Shown here one piece after another: positions 46,880 to 55,900 of a DNA stretch of 64,000 bases. A program made the translations under genes and the position numbers. Origin of the DNA: Anaerolineae bacterium (GTDB taxonomy: Bacteria > Chloroflexota > Anaerolineae > UBA1429); contig OY776562.1 of the NCBI GenBank assembly GCA_963675785.1, positions 1,888,001-1,952,000 on the forward strand, read 5' to 3'. The notes under the pieces were generated by a model that ran no database searches, had not been told where the DNA came from, and saw only the letters and a program-made list of their open reading frames with translations. Within the stretch, counting starts at the first letter, position 1; every line of letters begins with the position of its first letter.

Positions 46880-48037
46880 TTAGAGAGAGGAACGATACGC
46901 TACGTCGCCGCCGAGCACCTCATCAACCACAACCATCCACTCACTGATGATGATGTGCTGCGGACACTTGTCTTCACAAATCCGGCAGGCGATACAATCG
47001 CTGGCTCGTGAGCCCGCTTCTTTGTGACCATAGCGCCGTCGCGCCTGGTCAGCCGTGTTGTACATCAAGCCCTCATTGTAGATGGCAAAGTTCCCTGGGA
47101 TGTCCACGCCGTTGGGGCAAGGCATACAGTATTCACATTTAGTGCAAGGAATGGCAATGAGGTCATCATAGGTCTTGCGAACACGCTCATACAGCACCAT
47201 CTCGGCATCCGTAAGAGTACCAATACCAGAGCGATTGGCAGCAAAGACATTATCTTTCACATGCGACATAGCGCTCATACCCGAAAGCACCACCGAGACC
47301 TCGGGCTGATTCCAGAGCCACTGCAAGCCCCACTCTGCTGCCGAACGGGTGGTTTCAGCCTCATCCCAAATCGCCTGAACAGGCTCGGGAGGATTGACCA
47401 GCTTGCCGCCTAAAAGTGGCTCCATGATCACCACAGCCAGGCCTTTGGCCGCTGCATACTTGAGCCCGCGAACGCCCGCCTGATAATTTTCATCAGAATA
47501 GTTGTACTGAATCTGGCAGAAATCCCACTTGTCATAGCCATCAACCATCTCGAGAAAGGCCTCATAACTATCATGCATGGAAAAGCCCAGATGTCTGATC
47601 TTGCCAGCGGCCCTAGCCTTTTCGGCCTCGGCAAAGATGTTTTGCTCCATCAATATATCCCAACGGGACTTGTCCAGTGCATGCAGCAGATAAAAGTCAA
47701 TATGGTCCGTCTGCAACTTGGTCAACTGTTCATCGAGCAGGGTATGGAAATCTTTGGGTTTTTCGATCTTCCATACAGGTGACTTGGTCGCCAACATAAC
47801 CTTCTCACGATAACCATCCTGCAAGGCCTGCCCCACAATGATTTCGCTTTGGCCGCCAAGATAGGGATAAGCTGTATCGATATAGTTCACACCCTGATCG
47901 ATGGCCCAGCGAATCATACGAATGGATTCGGGCACATCAACCTTGGAGGTATCGTCTTTGAGCATAGGAAGACGCATGCAGCCAAAACCTAGTGCTGAAG
48001 TTTGCCAATCGAGCTTGCCAAATTTACGGTATTGCAC
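46880..48037 (-). CDS. Aldo/keto reductase with a 2[4Fe-4S] domain (paralog 2)
   Basis: Same motifs and length as its neighbours. Confidence 0.92.
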   Translation of the reverse strand: MQYRKFGKLDWQTSALGFGCMRLPMLKDDTSKVDVPESIRMIRWAIDQGVNYIDTAYPYLGGQSEIIVGQALQDGYREKVMLATKSPVWKIEKPKDFHTLLDEQLTKLQTDHIDFYLLHALDKSRWDILMEQNIFAEAEKARAAGKIRHLGFSMHDSYEAFLEMVDGYDKWDFCQIQYNYSDENYQAGVRGLKYAAAKGLAVVIMEPLLGGKLVNPPEPVQAIWDEAETTRSAAEWGLQWLWNQPEVSVVLSGMSAMSHVKDNVFAANRSGIGTLTDAEMVLYERVRKTYDDLIAIPCTKCEYCMPCPNGVDIPGNFAIYNEGLMYNTADQARRRYGHKEAGSRASDCIACRICEDKCPQHIIISEWMVVVDEVLGGDVAYRSSL

Positions 48038-48114
48038 GTTTCATTCTCCTTTTAGGCGCAACAACAGGGGCGGAATTTAGATGTCTCCGCCCTGGAGTTG
48101 CTTATTATCTGTAT

Positions 48115-49272
48115 TTAAAGATCGCAGCGGTATTCTGCCCCTTGGCCAAGAACCTCATCCACCACCGTCATCCACTGGCTGATAAGGATACTCTGGGGGC
48201 ACTTGTCTTCGCAGATACGACAGGCAATGCAAGCACTGGCCCTCTTTCCCTCTTCCATTTTCGCATAGCGATCACGGGCCCAATCGGGCTTGTTGTACAT
48301 CATGCCTTCGTTATAAATAGCAAAGTTACTGGGGATATCCACCCCATTGGGGCAAGGCATGCAGTACTGGCACTTGGTACACGGTATTGGGCAGAGCTCG
48401 TTATACTTGTCTCGCGCTCGCGAAACCAGATTGAGTTCATCCTGGCTTAACACGTTGACATCCGAATGCGCTGCCGATTCGACGTTCTCCATCACCTGCT
48501 GCATGGTGCTCATCCCAGAAAGTACCACCGAAACCTCGGGCTTGTTCCAAAGCCATTGCAGGGCCCATTCTGCGGCCGAACGCTTTGTCTCGGCCTCATC
48601 CCAAATAGCCTGAACAGCATCGGGAGGATTGACCAAACGCCCACCCAAAAGCGGCTCCATCACTACCACAGCCAGTCCCTTGTCAGCAGCATATTTGAGC
48701 CCCTCTGTGCCAGCCTGGAGTTCCTCGTTCATATAGTTGTACTGAATCTGGCACATGGCCCACTTGTCATAGCCGTCCACAACCTCTTTGAACACATCGA
48801 GGCTATCGTGGAAGGAAAAGCCCATGTGACGCACACGGCCATCCTCAAGGGCGCGATCGGCCGCCTCGAGGATATTGCAGGCGAGCATCTTTTCCCAACG
48901 CTCACGACGCATACCGTGAAGCAGGTAGAAATCGACGTGGTCGGTCTGCAACTTGGCCAACTGCTCGTTCAACAAACGGTCGAAATCGGCTTCCTCACTC
49001 ACCGCCCAGGCGGGCAGTTTGGTCGCCAAATGGACTCGCTCGCGATAGCCATCCTTCAAGGCCTTGCCCACCAGAATCTCGCTCTGCCGATCATGGTATG
49101 GGTAGGCCGTATCCAAATAGTTCACACCACTATCAATGGCCCAACGAAGCATGCGAATAGCCTCTGCTTCATCGATGTTGCCACGATCCTCACCTATCAC
49201 CGGAAAACGCATACAGCCAAAACCCAAAGCAGAGGCTTTCCAGTCCAGTTTCCCAAAATTGCGATACTTCAC
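48115..49272 (-). CDS. Aldo/keto reductase with a 2[4Fe-4S] domain (paralog 1)
   Basis: Same motifs and length as its neighbours. Confidence 0.92.
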   Translation of the reverse strand: MKYRNFGKLDWKASALGFGCMRFPVIGEDRGNIDEAEAIRMLRWAIDSGVNYLDTAYPYHDRQSEILVGKALKDGYRERVHLATKLPAWAVSEEADFDRLLNEQLAKLQTDHVDFYLLHGMRRERWEKMLACNILEAADRALEDGRVRHMGFSFHDSLDVFKEVVDGYDKWAMCQIQYNYMNEELQAGTEGLKYAADKGLAVVVMEPLLGGRLVNPPDAVQAIWDEAETKRSAAEWALQWLWNKPEVSVVLSGMSTMQQVMENVESAAHSDVNVLSQDELNLVSRARDKYNELCPIPCTKCQYCMPCPNGVDIPSNFAIYNEGMMYNKPDWARDRYAKMEEGKRASACIACRICEDKCPQSILISQWMTVVDEVLGQGAEYRCDL

Positions 49273-49298
49273 GTCTCTTGCCTCACTCCCTGCTGAGG

Positions 49299-50264
49299 TT
49301 AGTAACCCAGCTTTTTGTCGACCACTTTACAAAGCGGTCTACCTTGTTGAAAACGGATCAGGTTATCGCAAAAGATATCGCTTGCACGCCGCGTATATTC
49401 TGGCGTAAAGCCTGCCCAGTGTGCTGTTACAAGCACGTTAGGCATTTGCCAGAGAGGAGACTCCGAGCTGAGATGCTCATCTTCGAATACATCCAACCCG
49501 GCACCGGCCAAATGCTTGCTCTCTAGCGCCGCTATCAGAGCTTGCTCGTCAACTGTCTTGCCACGCCCTACATTGGCAAAGTAGGACCCCGGTTTACATG
49601 CAGCAAAGGCGCTGGCGTCAAAGAGGTGGTATGTTTCGGCGGTATATGGCAAAGCGTTGACCACATAATCCGCCCGAGACAATGCCTCATGGAAGCAATC
49701 CATGGGCAAAAGCTCATCGACATATTCGATCGGCTCGGTAACACTACGCTTGGTGCCAATGACGTACATGCCAAAAGCCTGAGCCAGACGCGCCGTTCGT
49801 TGGCCAATGGCGCCCAAACCCAGGATCAACATGGTCTTGCCATCCAGCTCATAAAGCAGATTAGCGTCTGGTTGAGCCCAGGTGTTTTCGCGCTGGTAAT
49901 CGACCGCCCACTTTAGATTGCGGGTAAAAAAGAGAATCATGGAAAACACATGCTCGCCAATGGGGATCGCGTGGATTCCCGAAGTATTGGTGAGTAAAAA
50001 GGGCAGATCGATTAAATCGGGCGCTTGTTGCAAGAAATCCGCGCCAGCCGACCAGAGCTGCATCCACTGCAACCGAGGAGCTCGCCCGAGGAGTACCCGT
50101 TTGGGGCCGCTCACAGCGATGGTGATGCGGTCATACACCGCGCGGATCTCGTCCTCATTCGAGGTTACGATGATATCCATGTCGGGTGCCAATTCGGCCA
50201 CTCTCGACAATACCTCGTCCCCACCACCCCAGAACATGTCTAAAAGCATTACGTCACGTGTCAT
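49299..50264 (-). CDS. D-2-hydroxyacid dehydrogenase
   Basis: SAGAD, LGLGAIG, NVGRG, AGLDVFEDE, TAHWAG; start MTRDV. Confidence 0.9.
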   Translation of the reverse strand: MTRDVMLLDMFWGGGDEVLSRVAELAPDMDIIVTSNEDEIRAVYDRITIAVSGPKRVLLGRAPRLQWMQLWSAGADFLQQAPDLIDLPFLLTNTSGIHAIPIGEHVFSMILFFTRNLKWAVDYQRENTWAQPDANLLYELDGKTMLILGLGAIGQRTARLAQAFGMYVIGTKRSVTEPIEYVDELLPMDCFHEALSRADYVVNALPYTAETYHLFDASAFAACKPGSYFANVGRGKTVDEQALIAALESKHLAGAGLDVFEDEHLSSESPLWQMPNVLVTAHWAGFTPEYTRRASDIFCDNLIRFQQGRPLCKVVDKKLGY

Positions 50265-50278
50265 ACCAACCTCAAAGC

Positions 50279-51127
50279 TTAATGCGGGAATACGGGCAGA
50301 ATCTCTGAAGCTCGTTGCTTGAGCACAGCGATTTCTTGTTCCGTAATCGGCGTAAAAGCATCTGCAGCATCGCAGGCCCATTCAAACAAGTGCTCGTGGC
50401 CGGGCGTTACTGCCGCTGTAACCGGCTGCGATAGCGTAAACCGCATGCCAAGAGCGGCCTCCTCGGCAGACTCAACGGGATAGTACCAGGCCTTGGGCCA
50501 GGGCCGGGGTTCACCGCTCGCCAGAGCGCGCTTTGCCAGTGCTTTGAGCGCCAGAATACCCATATCGAGTTCCTGAGCTTTGCTCACTGCACGAGGGCCA
50601 AAATCTTCCTGAAGCCAGGCAGCATAATTCACCGGAACCAGGATCGTATCAAAGGCAAAAGCCTTCATCAAAGCGAGTGCTGCCTCCTCGCTATGAGCGG
50701 AAAACCCAAGATAGCGGGTCTTACCCTCTTCCCTGGCCTTTAGGAAGGTCTCCAAAGCCCCATCAGGGCCCAGGATTTGTTCGACCTCTTCCACAGTCTT
50801 GACGGCATGCAATTGATAGAGATCTAGATGGTCCGTCCTGAGATCTCTGAGTGATTGTTCGAGTTCCTGCCGCGCACCAGCGGCATCGCGTTTTTCTGTT
50901 TTGCAGGCCAAAAAGACATTCTTGCGATATGGCTCTAGTGCAGGCCCAAGCATCTGCTGGGCGTTGCCATAGCTGGGCGCGACGTCAAAGTAATTGACGC
51001 CGCGCTCATTTACAGCTCTGGAAACAAGGCGAGCAGCATTTTGTGCCGATTCGTCTCGTACCAGAATTCCGCCAAAGCCTACAACAGAGAGCATCTCGCC
51101 GGTCTTGCCAAGTTTTCGTTTTTCCAT
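50279..51127 (-). CDS. Aldo/keto reductase
   Basis: KRKLGKTG, GFGG, YFDVAPSYG, DLYQLH, GFSAH. Confidence 0.9.
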   Translation of the reverse strand: MEKRKLGKTGEMLSVVGFGGILVRDESAQNAARLVSRAVNERGVNYFDVAPSYGNAQQMLGPALEPYRKNVFLACKTEKRDAAGARQELEQSLRDLRTDHLDLYQLHAVKTVEEVEQILGPDGALETFLKAREEGKTRYLGFSAHSEEAALALMKAFAFDTILVPVNYAAWLQEDFGPRAVSKAQELDMGILALKALAKRALASGEPRPWPKAWYYPVESAEEAALGMRFTLSQPVTAAVTPGHEHLFEWACDAADAFTPITEQEIAVLKQRASEILPVFPH

Positions 51128-51152
51128 CGAGATTACCCCCTCTTTTTTAGGG

Positions 51153-52094
51153 TTAAAGCGGCCAAATTTCGTCGATACTGGCAATCACATCCTTGCTCAG
51201 TTCGACACCAGCCGCACGTACGTTACTTTCAACATGCTCAGGGCGTGTAGCCCCCGTGATTACGCTGCTCACTTCGGGCAGACGCAAAATCCAGGCAATA
51301 GCAAGCTGTGCCCTGGTAATGCCGAGTTCATCGGCAATGGGCTTGAGCTGCTTGACACGCTCAATGACTTCAGGCGTCAGCCTCCCGCGCATATCCTCGT
51401 TGAGATCAGCACGGCTACCCTCAGGAATGCCGTTATCATACTTGCCAGTAAGAATACCGTTGTACAGCGGGCTAAACGTCGTCAATCCGATGTTGTGCGC
51501 CTGCACCGCCGGGACGATTTCCTTCTCCACGCGGGTGCGACGACCAAGGTTATAACCCGGCTGCTCTACAACGGGTGCATACAGATTATGGGCGCGGGCA
51601 AAGCCAACCGCTTCAGCGATCTGCGCGCCAGTCCACTCACTCGTACCCCAGTATAGCACTTTGCCTTGATGAACGAGGTCGTCCATAGCGCGTACAACCT
51701 CTTCGACAGAGGTGTTGGGGTCGTAGCGATGGCAATAGTAGATATCGACATAGTCAGTGCCAATGCGCTTGAGCGACTTGTCAATAGACTCCATGATATG
51801 TTTGCGCGAAAGACCACGGTCATTCACTTCATCACTCATGGGCCAGAATACTTTGCTCGAGATCACCAGAGTGTGTCTGGGGAAATCCTTGAGCACAGAG
51901 CCCATCATCTCTTCGGACTTGCCGCGAGCATAGACGTCGGCAATATCAAAAAAGTTGATACCTGCATCATAGGCACTGACAATGATCTTTTTGGCGAGTT
52001 CAGCATTCTGAATGCTTTCGCCAAAAGTTGTCCAACCACCGAGGGATATAGCGCTTACCTTTGTTCCTGTATTACCAAGTCTGCGATAATTCAT
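51153..52094 (-). CDS. Aldo/keto reductase, Kv-beta/Tas-like
   Basis: YRRLGNTGTKVSAISLGGW, GLSRKHI, YWGTSEW, VITGAT. Confidence 0.92.
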   Translation of the reverse strand: MNYRRLGNTGTKVSAISLGGWTTFGESIQNAELAKKIIVSAYDAGINFFDIADVYARGKSEEMMGSVLKDFPRHTLVISSKVFWPMSDEVNDRGLSRKHIMESIDKSLKRIGTDYVDIYYCHRYDPNTSVEEVVRAMDDLVHQGKVLYWGTSEWTGAQIAEAVGFARAHNLYAPVVEQPGYNLGRRTRVEKEIVPAVQAHNIGLTTFSPLYNGILTGKYDNGIPEGSRADLNEDMRGRLTPEVIERVKQLKPIADELGITRAQLAIAWILRLPEVSSVITGATRPEHVESNVRAAGVELSKDVIASIDEIWPL

Positions 52095-52095
52095 T

Positions 52096-52848
52096 TCACA
52101 GCTCCTTGTTCTCTTGATGGGAACCCACGTCGCTAACGACACTGGCCCCCTGCTTGACAAGTTGTTCTGCATTATCCAGATGATCCAGCATGACCCGCCT
52201 AGCTCCCTCCGAGTCTCCCCGAATAAGGGCAGCCAGCAGTTCCTGGTGAAAGCCGAGGCCTAGACGGGAAGCATCAGCCACATTCTGCGACAATAGCATA
52301 GCGGCTTTGAGCATCTCCGTGATAGGCTGCAACAAAAGAGGAAACAAGCTATTCTGAGTAGCGCTTGCCAGTGCAGTATGAAAAGCCACATCGGCATCCG
52401 TATAGCCCTCAGGGTCGTCGAGGGAACGGGCCATCATATCTACCAACTGCCCTAGCTTCTGCTTGTCCTGCTCTGTAGCCCGCTGAGCAGCAAGGTACGC
52501 CATCTGGCCTTCAATGGGTCGCCGTACCTCAAACAACTCTTGCGTAGCCCGGGGAGACTTGTTGAGCTTGAGAAAAAGCTCGAACTGAGCCGAAGCCTTT
52601 TGCGGTCTCATATCTTGGACAAAAGTTCCGCATCCCGGCTTGATTCGCAACAAACCTCTATCCGATAGAACCCGGATAGCCTCACGCACCACAGTACGGC
52701 TTACCCCTAGGCTCTCGGCAAGCTTGCGCTCACTGGGCAGCTTTTCACCTGACTTGATCTGCTGATCAACGATCAACGCCTGCAGTTCATCAGCTACCTG
52801 TGTATAGAGTCTGTCGCGACTCAACTGAATATCGAACAGCTCCCCCAT
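52096..52848 (-). CDS. FadR-subfamily GntR regulator
   Basis: GEKLPSERKLAESLGVSRTVVREA, DVAFH, FCD domain. Confidence 0.92.
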   Translation of the reverse strand: MGELFDIQLSRDRLYTQVADELQALIVDQQIKSGEKLPSERKLAESLGVSRTVVREAIRVLSDRGLLRIKPGCGTFVQDMRPQKASAQFELFLKLNKSPRATQELFEVRRPIEGQMAYLAAQRATEQDKQKLGQLVDMMARSLDDPEGYTDADVAFHTALASATQNSLFPLLLQPITEMLKAAMLLSQNVADASRLGLGFHQELLAALIRGDSEGARRVMLDHLDNAEQLVKQGASVVSDVGSHQENKEL

Positions 52849-52864
52849 CTCGATCTCCACAAAC

Positions 52865-52923
52865 TGGTCAACTGGTCTGACCACTACACCACTATCTTAA
52901 CACAGTCTGTACAGATCGTGCAA
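52865..52923 (-). promoter_or_regulatory. Promoter and FadR-type operator
   Basis: TGGTCTGACCA palindrome at 52873-52883 (TGGT-N3-ACCA, typical of the FadR subfamily) plus a half site; TTGCAC-18-TAAGAT just upstream. Confidence 0.75.
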
Positions 52924-52937
52924 TAGGCATTTAGACA

Positions 52938-52976
52938 TAAAAACAACGAGGGTCAGAGCGTTTGCTCTGACCCTCG
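52938..52976 (-). terminator. Intrinsic terminator of the large surface-protein gene
   Basis: CGAGGGTCAGAGC-4 nt-GCTCTGACCCTCG followed by TTGTTTTT on the minus strand. Confidence 0.85.
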
Positions 52977-52992
52977 ATTGTAACGAACCTAT

Positions 52993-55900
52993 CTACTTTT
53001 CGGTCTCTTTCTTGTTACGGCTGGAGATTAGACCAACCATACCCAGTAGTCCGAGGAACCCCACCTTTAGCCATAGAACCAGGCCGTTGTTGGCAGAGGT
53101 AACCATGTCGATGTTACCCGTCTGAGGAAGCACTGGCGGTGTAACAATCTCTTCAGTGGTACCCTTGTCATAAAGCTGGTAGTAGAAGACGTACTGGTTG
53201 CAACGTCGTACGGTAACCGTGGCACTTGAAGGATTCTCTGTGCTCCAATCCTCACTCGGCGATTCAACGCGTACCAGTCGGTATTCCCAACGAGTCGCAT
53301 CAAGGCCCGAAGGAAGCTCGGGGGCTACCTGAACGCTCCAACTGCCGCTCTCAGGAGGATACAAAGTCCACATGACCTGTGCTTCGCCATCCGCGTTGGT
53401 TTCGGTATAGAGCATATCCTGCTCTGTGCCGCCTACCCAGGCGCGTACTGCGATGTCGTTCCAGCCGCCATAGATGACGACTGATACGTCTGCTCTCACA
53501 CAGTCCTCGGGCTCTTCATAGTACGGCACTTCAAGATCAACGCTCCAGCTGTCCTCGACAGGACCCGCTTCATCAGCCTCAGCTACAGCGGTGTTGATAA
53601 TGGGGCCAGGCAGGTCAGCTTCGCCAACCGGTCCATAGCTTACCGTCAACACTACTGATGCACCTGGAGCCAATTCGGCCAGTGTCTCTGTATAGCCCAA
53701 CCTTGCGTCGGTGACCACCACATTGTGCAAGGTCACATCGCCCGTATTCATCACAGTGATCTCATAGTCGATCGTGTCGCCCACCTCAGCTGTAGCAGGT
53801 CCGGTCTTGGTAATAGCCAGGCCAGGCGTGCTTACAACCACTGTGGTCCAATCATCTTCTTCGGGATCCGTCTCGTCGCTATCGGCTACTGCCGTGTTGA
53901 CGACCTGATCTCCGTCAGCCTCAGTAACGGGGCCATAGCTCGCATTGATCGTCTCAGAGTCACCTACTGCAAGTAGCGCAATGGTCTGGTTCAAGCCAAG
54001 CTTGGCATCTGTGACGACTACATTGTTCAAGTCTACGTTGCCGATGTTGGTAACTGTAATCTCATAGTCAATCATCTCACCGATGTTGACGACGGCATCA
54101 CCGGTCTTGACGATTTCCAACGCGGCGCGCGGCTCGAACGGCTGTTCGATCTCGACGTCATGGTCATCGCTGACAGGACCCGTTTCATCACTATCGGCGG
54201 TAGCTACGTTGTGCACCGGTCCGGGCTGATCCGCCTCACTCACTGGACCATAGGTTCCAGTAATGACTTGCGAAGCGCCCACAGCCAGTTCAGGCAGCGT
54301 GGCCACCAAGCCGAGCTTGGTATCCGTGACCACCACATTGTGCAATGTCACATTGCCAATGTTACTTACGGTGATAGTGTATTCGATATAGTCACCAGCA
54401 ACTACCGTGGACGGACCAGTCTTATCGATGGCCAGGCCAGGCTCTGTAGCAAGATCAACGGTGACGTCATCCTGTACGGATTGTGTCTGATCACTGGCAG
54501 CATACGCTACGTTGTACACCGAAGGTAGATCATCCTCGGTCACAGGACCATAGCTGCCCGTTACTACTTTGCTCTCCTGCGGTGCCAGGCTGCCGACGTT
54601 CTGGCTGATGCCCAGCTTCGCATCCGTCACCACAACGTTCGTCAGGGTGATGTCGCCGTCGTTCGTTACTGTGATCGTGTAGTTGATGGTGCCGCCTATC
54701 GCTACCACACTCACGTCTGCTACTTTGTCAATCGTCAAACCAGGATTCGTGTTGATCGTAACGTCTGCATCGTCATTCACAGACTCTGTCTGGTCACTGA
54801 CTGCATATGCTACGTTGTGTACTAGCGGTACATCACTCTCTGCAACAGGTCCGTATGTCCCCGTCACAACCTTGCTCGCGCCTACCGCCAGGCTGCCTAC
54901 GTTCTGGTTGATGCCCAGCTTCGCATCCGTCACCACAACGTTCGTCAGGGTGATGTCGCCATTGTTCGTTACTGTGATCGTGTAGTTGATCGTGTCACCG
55001 ATCTCCGCCACACTCACGTCTGCTACTTTGTCAATCGTCAAACCAGGATTCGTATTGATCGTAACGTCTGCATCGTCATTCACAGACTCTGTCTGGTCAC
55101 TGACTGCATACGCTACGTTGTGTACTAGCGGTACATCACTCTCTGCAACAGGTCCGTATGTCCCCGTCACAACCTTGCTCGCGCCTACCGCCAGGCTGCC
55201 CACGTTCTGGTTGATGCTCAACTTGGCGTCTGTCACCACAACGTTCGTCAGGGTGATGTCGCCGTCGTTCGTTACTGTGATCGTGTAGTTGATCGTGTCA
55301 CCGATCTCCGCCACACTCACGTCTGCTACTTTGTCAATCGTCAAGCCAGGATTCGTGTTGATCGTAACGTCTGCATCGTCGTTCACAGACTCTGTCTGGT
55401 CACTGACTGCATATGCTACGTTGTGTACTAGCGGTACGTCGCTCTCTGCAACAGGTCCGTATGTCCCCGTCACAACCTTGCTCGCGCCTACCGCCAGGCT
55501 GCCCACGTTCTGGTTGATGCTCAACTTGGCGTCTGTCACCACAACGTTCGTCAGGGTGATGTCGCCATTGTTCGTCACTGTGATCGTGTAGTTGATCGTG
55601 TCACCGATCTCCGCCACACTCACGTCTGCTACTTTGTCAATCGTCAATGACGGGTTGGTCTCGATCTCGACGTCTGCATCATCGTTCACAGACTCTGTCT
55701 GGTCACTGACTGCATATGCTACGTTGTGAATCAATGGCACGTCGCTCTCGGCAACAGGCCCATAGCTGCCTGTTACGTCCTTGCTTGCACCTGGCGCCAA
55801 GCTGCCCACGTTCTGGTCGATGCTCAACTTGGCATCCGTCACCACAACGTTCGTCAGGGTGATGTCGCCGTCGTTCGTTACTGTGATCGTGTAGTTGATC

